A stretch of DNA of 64,000 nt, taken from assembly GCA_030141605.1 (NCBI GenBank), contig JAQGDQ010000060.1, positions 372,001 through 436,000 on the forward strand, given 5' to 3'. The notes beneath the pieces were generated by a model that saw nothing but the letters and a program-made list of their open reading frames with translations, was not told where the DNA came from and ran no database searches. The position numbers and the translations under genes were made by a program. This document shows, piece by piece, positions 53,420-64,000 of the stretch. The DNA comes from Tubiluchus corallicola. Taxonomy: Eukaryota; Animalia; Priapulida. Within the stretch, counting starts at the first letter, position 1. Each line of letters starts with the position of its first letter.

Positions 53420-55970
53420 TATAAGGTGTGAACTATATGATGACCTATAAGGTGTGAATTATATGATGACCTATAAGGTGTGAATTATATGACAAACTAT
53501 AAGGTGTGAACTATATGATGACCTATAAGGTGTGAATTACATGACAAACTATAAGGTGTGAACTATATGACGAACTATAAGGTGTGAATTATATGATAAA
53601 CTATAAGGTGTGAATTATATGATGAACTATAAGGTGTGAATTATATGACGAACTATAAGGGGTAAATTATATGATAAACTATAAGGTGTGAACTATATGA
53701 TGAACTATAAGGTGTGAACTATATGACAAACTATAAGGTGTGAATTATACGAAGAACTATAAGGTGTGAACTATATGATGAACTATAAGGTGTGAATTAC
53801 ACAATGAACTATAAGGTGTGAACCATATGATGAACTATAAGGTGTGAACTATATGATGAACTATAAGGTGTGAACTATATGACAAACTATAAGGTGTGAA
53901 CTATATGATGAACTATAAGGTGTGAACTATATGACAAACTATAAGGTGCGAACTATATGATGAACTATAAGGTGTGAACTATATGACAAACTATAAGGTG
54001 TGAACTATATGATGACCTATAAGGTGTGAATTACATGACAAACTATAAGGTGTGAACTATATGATGACCTATAATGTGTGAATTATATGATAAACTATAA
54101 GGTGTGAATTATATGATGAACTATAAGGTGTGAATTATATGACGAACTATAAGGGGTAAATTATATGATAAACTATAAGGTGTGAACTATATGATGAACT
54201 ATAAGGTGTGAACTATATGACAAACTATAAGGTGTGAATTATACGAAGAACTATAAGGTGTGAACTATATGATGAACTATAAGGTGTGAATTACACAATG
54301 AACTATAAGGTGTGAACCATATGATGAACTATAAGGTGTGAACTATATGATGAACTATAAGGTGTGAACTATATGACAAACTATAAGGTGTGAACTATAT
54401 GATGAACTATAAGGTGTGAACTATATGACAAACTATAAGGTGTGAACTATATGATGAACTATAAGGTGTGAACTATATGACAAACTATAAGGTGTGAACT
54501 ATATGATGAACTATAAGATGTGAACTATATGACAAACTATAAGGTGTGAACTATATGACAAACTATAAGGTGCGAATTATATGATGAACTATAAGGTGTG
54601 AACTATATGATGAACTATAAGGTGTGAACTATATGACAAACTATAAGGTGTGAACTATATGATAAACTATAAGGTGTGAATTATATGATAAACTATAAGG
54701 TGTGAACTATATGATGACCTATAACGTGTGAATTACATGACAAACTATAAGGTGTGAACTATATGATGACCTATAAGGTGTGAATTATATGATAAACTAT
54801 AATGTGTGAATTATATGATAAACTATAAGGTGTGAACTATATGATGAACTATAAGGTGTGAACTATATGACAAACTATAAGGTGTGAATTATACGAAGAA
54901 CTATAAGGTGTGAACTATATGATGAACTATAAGGTGTGAATTACACAATGAACTATAAGGTGTGAACCATATGATGAACTATAAGGTGTGAACTATATGA
55001 TGAACTATAAGGTGTGAACTATATGACAAACTATAAGGTGTGAACTATATGATGAACTATAAGGTGTGAACTATATGACAAACTATAAGGTGCGAACTAT
55101 ATGATGAACTATAAGGTGTGAACTATATGACAAACTATAAGGTGTGAACTATATGATGACCTATAAGGTGTGAATTACATGACAAACTATAAGGTGTGAA
55201 CTATATGATGACCTATAAGGTGTGAATTATATGATTAACTATAAGGTGTGAATTATATGATGAACTATAAGGTGTGAATTATATGACGAACTATAAGGGG
55301 TAAATTATATGATAAACTATAAGGTGTGAACTATATGATGAACTATAAGGTGTGAACTATATGACAAACTATAAGGTGTGAATTATACGAAGAACTATAA
55401 GGTGTGAACTATATGATGAACTATAAGGTGTGAATTATACAATGAACTATAAGGTGTGAACCATATGATGAACTATAAGGTGTGAACTATATGATGAACT
55501 ATAAGGTGTGAACTATATGACAAACTATAAGGTGTGAACTATATGATGAACTATAAGGTGTGAACTATATGACAAACTATAAGGTGTGAACTATATGATG
55601 AACTATAAGGTGTGAACTATATGACAAACTATAAGGTGTGAACTATATGATGAACTATAAGATGTGAACTATATGACAAACTATAAGGTGTGAACTATAT
55701 GACAAACTATAAGGTGCGAATTATATGATGAACTATAAGGTGTGAACTATACGATGAACTATAAGGTGAGAACTATATTATGTGCTATAAGGTATGAACT
55801 ATATGATGAACTATAAGGTGTGAACTATATGACAAACTATAAGGTGCGAATTATATTATGAACTATAAGGTGTGAACTATACGATGAACTATAAGGTGTG
55901 AACTACATGACATGCTATAAGGTCTGACCTATACGACGAACTATAAGGTGTGAACCATACGATGTGCTAT
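53420..55970. repeat. 26-bp minisatellite, about 98 copies, with higher-order structure
   Basis: Unit TATAAGGTGTGAACTATATGATGAAC; diagnostic variants recur at 494, 650 and 1144 bp. Confidence 0.98.
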
Positions 55971-57380
55971 GAGGTATATATTACACAAAATTTTTGAATA
56001 AATACAATAATAAATTTGAATCTTCTTCATGACAGAGTTAACAGTTTATGTTTACCATAAACCAGCGAAGCCATCCCTGGATCGACTTAACAGTATAATG
56101 TGTTGAATGACATCTTTGTTAATCTTACGAAAGTTTCATTGTACTCATAAATAAGCCTTCTAAGAATTATTTTTGCACTAAGCGAACATCTGAACTGAAA
56201 TGGCATTATCAGAAAATTAGAAAATAGGTAGAAGGTCACATTGCAAGAGTCGATTCTTGGAAAGTTATTTTGTGGAAATCATTTCTATATCAGTGCTGTG
56301 AATTACGCAGCAATAACACAGCAAAATTATGAAGCCAAAACTGACAACGTGTAACAAAAGAAAGCAAGCGCATTTAATACGAAAACATCAGACTGTCAAA
56401 CTCATATGAATGTGCTCTAGCAATAATGCCCTTTCCTGCCTACCAAATCCCACAGTGAAGAACGAAAATGAATCACTCAAATTAATAACTGCCATTGTCA
56501 TCCCAATAGATTGATCTGGTGCAATAAACGTGGGTGTACGGGGACGTTAAACTGAATCTAAAGTCGACACGGCAGAAGGGATGTAATAAAAGGGCCGTAA
56601 TAATCTGAGTTTATACGTGTTCAATAATAAGTGCTGATGTGTAAAAGCCCAGCAAAGCTCGTTTAATATCGCCAGATTTGTCAACCGGCGCAAGAGTAAT
56701 GAAAAATTTGGCTTCGCTAAGCCGTTTTGAGTGGCCGCAAAGAATGGGGAACGTTGAGTTGGTCAATCTCGCCTACAAGAAATGATCAAAGAATTATTTC
56801 CTTTCTCTACGAAAACTATCGCTTTGACAGCACTTAATGTGCAACGGTGATAACATTCTAACAAGGAATTTGGGGACAGTTATCCTGACACTCTGACAGA
56901 AACATTTTTTTTAATTTCTCATACAGACTAAACAAGGTTATCTGTAGTGGAAGTATTTGTAAATCCACGTTCATGTACGTGTATGAGACTGTGTAGTGTG
57001 CACATCCTGTTAGTAGTACTGTCAATGTTAACCAAAATGAAACGCACAAGTTTATAAAGACATAAACCCGCTTTTTTGTATCACGCTGGTCAGTAGTGAA
57101 ATTTGACAACAAGTGTCTACCAGGGTGTCAGTGGATCTTTTATAGTTGTGTGGTGGTATTGTGGCATGGGTGATGTTTGTAAAATGCTACATTTCTGTAG
57201 ACAAAGCGACTTGTTTCGGAGATGAGGGCAAAAAAATGAATCGTTTATAACTTTAAATGATAAGCAATTTCAGGGTGAGAAGAACGTTTTTTGTGTGATG
57301 TGTCAACTTATTCAAGATTGTCCTTTATGGCCTTGTCTAATTTAACAACAGATTACGATTCTTGTGAAACGTTAAACTTT

Positions 57381-57824
57381 TTAGATTAGATTAGATTTAT
57401 TCAATCCAAATATGCAATTTTACATTTATAATAAATCTTACAAATAAATACACGATTATCTAATGTTTTAGGAAGGGAGAAATGCACCAGGCATGAATGC
57501 ACTTACGGTGGCCCGCATTAATTAGTTATTTCTATTAAATTTACAAAAAGGATTAAAATCAATCATAAGTAGTTTAAATGAAAGTTGTTAGCATTGATAA
57601 TCTCAGACGGTAAACTGTTCCACATATTGATCACCCTGTTTGCAAAAGAGTGTTTAAAAACATCAATACTACAATAATTTTTGTACAACTTGTAACTATG
57701 GCCCCTTAATCCGAGAGTAGATACGTAATTAAAAAAATCCTTAACCCTTAGGTTTATAAGTGCATGGCAAATTCTGCACACCATTTTCATATGAAAAATA
57801 AAAAGTCTGGTTTCAAGACTTCAG
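57381..57824 (-). mobile_element. CR1-type LINE 3' fragment
   Basis: Encodes LRGHSYKLYKNYCSIDVFKHSFANRVINMWNSLPSEII (classic CR1 ORF2 end, TRGHxxKL...FxNRVxxxWNxLP); ends AATAAATCT(AATCT)n. Confidence 0.88.
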
Positions 57825-57899
57825 TGCCCGGCAATAATGCAACAAATCACTCTAATAGAACTTAGGCCACGAGTGGCAATGGTGATGATGATGATATCA

Positions 57900-58332
57900 A
57901 TAATATTAAATTTCATTTATTTAAGCAACATGACACTTTTAGCACAAACATTTTTGACTTCATCTGATCGTATGCAGACTAACCACTCGTTAAAATTATT
58001 TGTACAAAGAACAAATAAAAAACAGTTTGACAATTTTTCCAAACTGCATTGTTTACTTCCAAATTCTGTGAATAATTCTCCGCTTGTGACAGAAGCAAAT
58101 TTTAAATTAATCCACAAAAGATTGTGTTTAGTTAATCTTGATAACTTTTTCAAATACAAAAGGTTCATGTAAAGAGTTTTTCTCTTTATGTCTCTCCAAC
58201 ACTCAAAAAGTTTTTATTTATTCTTAATTTAATATTTTATTGTGTTGTAATGCATAGTGTTGCATTGTTATATGTTTGCAGACTATTTGTAAATTTTAAA
58301 TAAGGCTAATAAATAAATAAATAAATAAATTA
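57900..58332 (+). mobile_element. degenerate CR1-like LINE 3' fragment
   Basis: TNHSLKLFVQRT...HKRLCLVNLDNFFK resembles a CR1 ORF2 end; T-rich UTR and (AATA)n tail at 58308-58330. Confidence 0.55.
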
Positions 58333-58373
58333 ATTCTGACGACAATGGTCATTGAACACCTGCTTATTTAAAA

Positions 58374-58457
58374 GGGTACTAAGCCTATTAAGTGTAAGAC
58401 TAGACAGTGATGGCATGGGTACTAAGCCTATTAAGTATAAGACTAGACAGTGATGGT
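58374..58457. repeat. 43-bp tandem duplication
   Basis: GGGTACTAAGCCTATTAAGTRTAAGACTAGACAGTGATGG twice. Confidence 0.9.
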
Positions 58458-59269
58458 ATAATCCCACAGCACGTCACAAAGGGATACGCCTAAAAATTTG
58501 TGAACAATTTCAAGCGCACATAAATTATGAAATGCAGGCTTAGCTGTGAAATTTGTACAGTCACACTCTGTTAATCTGAAAACCGGTAGGACAGTCTGCA
58601 AAATGGCAAATGGCATTTAAATGCTAAATGCAAACAAATGTTGAAGGTAACTGTTATTTCCCTTTGCAAATGTTTGCCATAGTCACAGGTGCAAAGTTTA
58701 TTTCACCACAAGTTGATTGAGACATGCGAAACATCTACAAGATGGCTATCGGCGAATGTTAGTGCCAGCAGAAACGATGCGTTTACACACACAAGAACGT
58801 ATAATTGACAAGACTTCAATGAGGCATCAGTAGCAACCTAATGAATTAAAACAGCCCAGAGAGGTTTCATCATTTTGGACGCCTCAAGAAACTAGTTTTA
58901 TTCAAAAGTAGCAACTTTTGTTGCTTTTGTTTTGCTCCATGCTGTTGCTCTGGCAACAAATATTGGCGTATAACGAAGGATCACAAATAATGTGACACAG
59001 ACAAGAGCAAGCGAGCGAGCCAAATAAGTTGTTCTTGACAAGAAAATATCCGAAGTGAAAAGCTTACGCTAAATTACAAAAAGGAAGAAACTTTCAACTT
59101 GTCAAAATTTAGAAGATGCAGGAATTGTTAATCAAACGGCTAACATGCTGACCTTGGACAGTCAGCAAATACTGTAATTTTTTAACAATATGTGCGCAGG
59201 AATAAGACTAATAATTAAAGCTACAAAACATGTAGAAATGTTGTGCGCAAGAAAAATGCAACAATGTTG

Positions 59270-60396
59270 GTTTTCAGTTAGTGGATCTGTGACATGTCCA
59301 GTGAGTTTGTGGGATAATATGTGGATATGAGACATGTCCAGGGTGTTTGTGGATAATATGTGGATATGAGACATGTCCAGGGTGTTTGTGGATAATATGT
59401 GGATATGAGACATGTCCAGTGAGTTTGGGGATATGTGGATATGAGACATGTCCAGGGTGTTTGTGGATAATATGTGGATATGAGACATGTCCAGGGTGTT
59501 TGTGGATAATATGTGGATATGAGACATGTCCAGTGAGTTTGGGGATAATATGTGGATATGTGACATGTCCAGTGAGTTTGGGGATATGTGGATATGAGAC
59601 ATGTCCAGTGAGTTTGTGGATAATATGTGGATATGAGACATGTCCAGTGAGTTTGGGGATATGTGGATATGAGACATGTCCAGTGAGTTTGTGGATAATA
59701 TGTGGATATGTGACATGTCCAGGGAGTTTGTGGATAATATGTGTATATGAGACATATCCAGGGAGTTTGTGGATAATATGTGGATATGAGACTTGTCCAG
59801 TGAGTTTGGGGATAATATGTGTATATGAGACATGTCCAGGGTGTTTGTGGATAATATGTGGATATGTGACATGTCCAGGGAGTTTGTGGATAATATGTGG
59901 ATATGAGACATATCCAGGGAGTTTGTGGATAATATGTGTATATGAGACATGTCCAGGGTGTTTGTGGATAATATGTGGATATGTGACATGTCCAGTGAGT
60001 TTGTGGATAATATGTGGATATGTGACATGTCCAGGGAGTTTGTGGATAATATGTGTATATGAGACATGTCCAGGGTGTTTGTGGATAATATGTGTATATG
60101 AGACATGTCCAGGGTGTTTGTGGATAATATGTGGATATGAGACATGTCCATGGTGTTTGTGGATAATACGTGGATATGTGACATGTCCAGTGAGTTTGTG
60201 GATAATATGTGGATATGTGACATGTCCAGGGAGTTTGTGGATAATATGTGTATATGAGACATGTCCAGGGTGTTTGTGGATAATATGTGTATATGAGACA
60301 TGTCCAGGGTGTTTGTGGATAATATGTGGATATGAGACATGTCCATGGTGTTTGTGGATAATACGTGGATGTGAGACATATCCACTAACTGAAAAC
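59270..60396. mobile_element. inverted-repeat-bounded element carrying a 39-bp minisatellite (about 28 copies)
   Basis: Perfect 17-bp IR GTTTTCAGTTAGTGGAT (59270-59286) / ATCCACTAACTGAAAAC (60380-60396); unit GTGGATAATATGTGGATATGAGACATGTCCAGGGTGTTT with 36-bp variants. Confidence 0.85.
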
Positions 60397-62187
60397 AGTA
60401 GATTTGGCAAAAATGACTTACTGATTAAAATATAAACATACAAGGTCAGAGAAATTCATTCGAGATATAATGTAAGAGTTACTTATATCAAATCACCCGC
60501 TAGAGAAAAAACAAAAGTATCATATAATAGATTCATTATAACATTTGAAATCACAACTTCTGTAAATAAAAACATGTATTTAAAAATGTAATGCATCTTA
60601 TGTTATATTTTCAATACAAGCCTGCCTAAACTTCTTGTATGTTTTAAGCTTCCCTGTAATAATACCAATATCAGAAATATCAGAAGCTCGCCACTCCAAC
60701 AAAGTATGATTGCCTCTCTTTTGCTGTTGTTTTCTTCATAACCCAAGTACAACCACAATAATCACCACCAGCCTACAGCTTTCAGTCGAGGTTATAGCCA
60801 AACTGGTTTGGATGAGCTCTTGTGTACTTAACATCTAAAGAGCTACTCATGTCTGTTAGTTGCAAGTCAAGAGATTGTCTTCACAACATGGCGGATACAC
60901 CATGAAATGGCACCCAAGTGCTAATAGGTCGATGACTGATGCACAGCCAACATTGCAGCTAAGCAATGACAGCATCAAATTGGAAGCAAATGTTAAAAAT
61001 GCTGTCAATTTTACGTGAAATCCACATGAGGTTGAAATAAAAAGGTTATTCTCGTGCAATTGAAACACAACAGAATTTACACGTCTAGATTGTTTCTAAA
61101 CAAGCATCTTTTATCTAAATAGTTTCATAAACGTGGCGATGACAAAACTAAACATACAATTTTATAATAACCAAACTAACTTAGTGTTTAGTTACACTCT
61201 AACAGCAGGACCCTCGAATTTTTTTGTCTACCTTAGTTATCTGCATACATGTCTTTGCTAAGCTAGTTGTTAAAGCTCTTGTTAAGCTTGTCAAGCATTC
61301 TACTACTTTACATGAGAACAATGAATATATGTGAATGCCAGCAAAATCTGCTAAAAATTTCCATAATTAATAAGCAAAAAAGTATTCTAAAAATAAGACA
61401 AGTATACAAAAATAAAAAGTGCTATGTACTTGTTATTGGACCATGAAATAAAATTGCACTGCTTGTTCAAAATACCTGACACAAATGAGGCTATAGGTTA
61501 GGTAAAGTAAAGTACGTATTTTTAATAGTAGGATGACACCAAAACAAAGCAGTTTAATAGAAAGCAGCTTTGATGTTGTTGCAGAGAGAGAGACAACGGT
61601 TGACGACCGTGAAGACAAGCAAATAATTCACTAGAGAAAACAGATTGAATGTCGAAAATGTTTACCTTTCGCAAGGGTTGTTTGTGGTTGAGCTTCGGCA
61701 GGAAGGGCATTCTACCAGTGAGGTCAACTGTTTATGTTGGCCGCTGTTTCACTTCACATCTGTCCGAGACTGATTCACTGCAAACAATGCTAGTCTGTCG
61801 GCCGTAAATGAGATCCGCTGCCTCACCCAGCATTTAAATAATATTATCCGAGCAGCGAGCACGATCGCACGATACCCGTCCAATCACAAAACAGCATTTT
61901 ATAATAGGAGAGGAGGAGTCTGGATGAATTTGAACTGACGGTGACGTAAAGGTAAATATCTACTGCCAATCACAAAAGTATGACGTCTCCATAATCGATT
62001 GTGCAAAAAAGAATAATTGTCGCCTAGGCGGCCATTTTGGATTTTATACAGCAGATGAAATAGGAAATGTTTATCGCTAACTCAAACTGAAGTGCAGAAA
62101 GAAACAATATGAAAACAAAACAAGGAAAAAACTTGTGTTTCCAAAGACATTCAACAAAAAAGACCAAAAAAGTGGAGGACATATCAA

Positions 62188-62280
62188 TTGTTAGAAAGAC
62201 AACCAATGAATTCAGTTGATTGTTAGAAAGACAACCAATGTATTCAGTTGATTGTTAGAAAGACAACCAATGAATTCATT
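62188..62280. repeat. 32-bp tandem repeat, 3 copies
   Basis: TTGTTAGAAAGACAACCAATG(A/T)ATTCAGTTGA. Confidence 0.9.
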
Positions 62281-62831
62281 TGTCTTGGATGAATGAATTC
62301 AAGAATGAAAAGAAATGTTTTACCTGTCTGTTCTTACTTGTTACTTGACTTTTACAAGAATTACTTGGCCTGGATTATTAAACAGCTTGCTGTGAAAAGC
62401 TACATAAAATATTGTTTCAACTTGAAGTAAATTTAATTACTTTTACAGTAAATTTATTTAGAACTTTTTAACCCTAATGCTAGTGTTTGTCATATAAGTG
62501 TTTATGTAAAATTTGTAACGTGTATTTAACTGTTCGTCCCGGGAGGAGTATTATCAATTTCACAATCACATCTGGGACTTTGTGTCTTTTAAATTTTGTT
62601 GTTCACTGCAATAAAGTATAAAAAATGAATATTTGCGCACATTGCATTTCTGTTTCAAGTAACCAAAGAAATTTCAGCCTTTGCATCTATACTAATTCTT
62701 CAATAAATGATTAAAAAAACGAAACTCGGTTGCTGGACTGTTGCTTGATTGCAAATCCAATGGTAAAAGGCAGTAAACTGGTTTAGAAATATTTGTCAGC
62801 TTCTTAATTAAGACATTTACATATAGAAGTA

Positions 62832-63300
62832 CAGGGTGTCAGGAAATGATAGCCCACTATACTCAAAAACAATCACAAGTAGGTATATATGTATTTTTAA
62901 TATTTTAATCATTACTGGTTATTTAATTTGTTTTTTTTTAAATTCCCTTCACTTTTTATTGTCAGAAATAAAAATTTAATGAAGTTTTTGAAAAAATCAG
63001 TCACGACACCATTTCTACTGAGAAACCAACATGAACAGTTCCCCTGTCAATTTATGGCCTCACAGTTGCAAATAATGGCAGTAGTAAATATTAAAATAAG
63101 CGTCCCTCAGTCAAAAATAAGTGCAATTTCTGTGGAATTGCACAGTTTTTATTCACTCTTTTCAATTTCATCTGTATGGAGAGGGTCAATTGTTTCAAGA
63201 TGCCCCTTATAATATTAGCACTGACCTTTCTCACGAAGATCTTGTCCAACAAGTTGTTAATTGCTGCAAAAAATGAAATAACACTAGAAATATAGTTAAC
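62832..63300 (-). mobile_element. Tc1/mariner-like remnant
   Basis: TA|CAGGGTGT terminus at 62830-62839; minus strand near 63190-63240 reads LREKGQC*YYKGHLETI, resembling the RxxxCxxxxGxHxE transposase C-terminus. Confidence 0.4.
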
Positions 63301-63508
63301 GTATAAATGTATAAACAAGTACTCAAGACCAAAAACAAAACGAAAATGGAAAGAAATTAAATAGTTTATAATTTATTAAGCAATATTAATCATAAAATTC
63401 ACAAAATTTTTTTTCAGTCTAGTCTTTTCACACCATTATTTTATTGGTATACTTTAACAATATCGCCAGACAAAGAAATTACCAGAATAAAGCATGAGCC
63501 AAAATTTA

Positions 63509-64000
63509 CCGTATATACGTGTGTACAAGTCGACCTTATGTATAAGTCGATGTGCATTTTAGGACCAAAAATTGCATCATTTTATATACTACATGTGTAA
63601 AAGTCGACCATAAAATATTCCAAAGTAAATGATGTCAACAATGGCCGAGTAATAAATCAATAGCCTACTGTGTTAGTGTGTAAGATACGTGCAAGTGCTT
63701 GGGCCGAGTATATTATACCTACCTGATGTATAAATATATGCATATATATTCATGTTGAGGGCCCTCAATGTAATCCATGATAATACAGCCTGGCCTTTCA
63801 TCGCGCATAATTGTTTGTAATGCCTTTAACCCTAGGACAACGTGGCCAGGATATAATGAAGGATTATTTCTTTACATATTCGTACTGTAGACGACTCTTT
63901 AGCGACATCTCCCAAAAACATATCGTAAGCATAAATCGACCCCAAAAATTTCACCTTAAAATCGCCTCCCAAAAATTCGACTTGTACATAAGTATATTCG
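63509..64000. mobile_element. Tc1/pogo (Tc2/Tigger-like) MITE, right TIR cut by the window edge
   Basis: TA|CCGTATATACGTGTGTACAAGTCGAC; window ends TCGACTTGTACATAAGTATATTCG (inverted copy); repeated AAGTCGAC subterminal motifs. Confidence 0.85.

Noticed and set aside
53247-53420. pogo-like TIR enclosing the 26-bp satellite
   Set aside because: A left-end-like TAGGGGTAATGTCAGCCA and a 16-bp palindrome TAGGTCACGTGACCTA are present, but there is no convincing right TIR beyond the array.

Overview
AT-rich eukaryotic (most likely invertebrate animal) genomic DNA. I can find no intact, recognisable protein-coding gene, rRNA, true tRNA or CRISPR array. Nearly all long ORFs in the track come from microsatellites or minisatellites, or are decayed transposon remnants. 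The window looks like a gene desert or a giant intron. It contains: (i) many non-autonomous DNA transposons (MITEs), some with clear TIRs and TSDs (hAT-like, Kolobok-like TTAA, Tc1/pogo-like, Harbinger-like, Crypton-like); (ii) tRNA-derived SINEs, including one MetaSINE-like copy; (iii) 3' fragments of CR1/L2-group and RTE-like LINEs; (iv) large minisatellites with 44-, 37-, 26- and 39-bp units, plus smaller tandem arrays and long AG/AAT/AGT microsatellites; (v) unique, motif-dense blocks resembling enhancers; and (vi) a few well-formed minus-strand splice-site pairs, including a possible 6-nt microexon or ratchet site. The most notable structure is tandem arrays growing inside inverted-repeat elements. 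The clearest case is a 39-bp array at 59270-60396, bracketed by a perfect 17-bp inverted repeat and open in three reading frames. All family assignments are from memory of consensus motifs, not from database searches.
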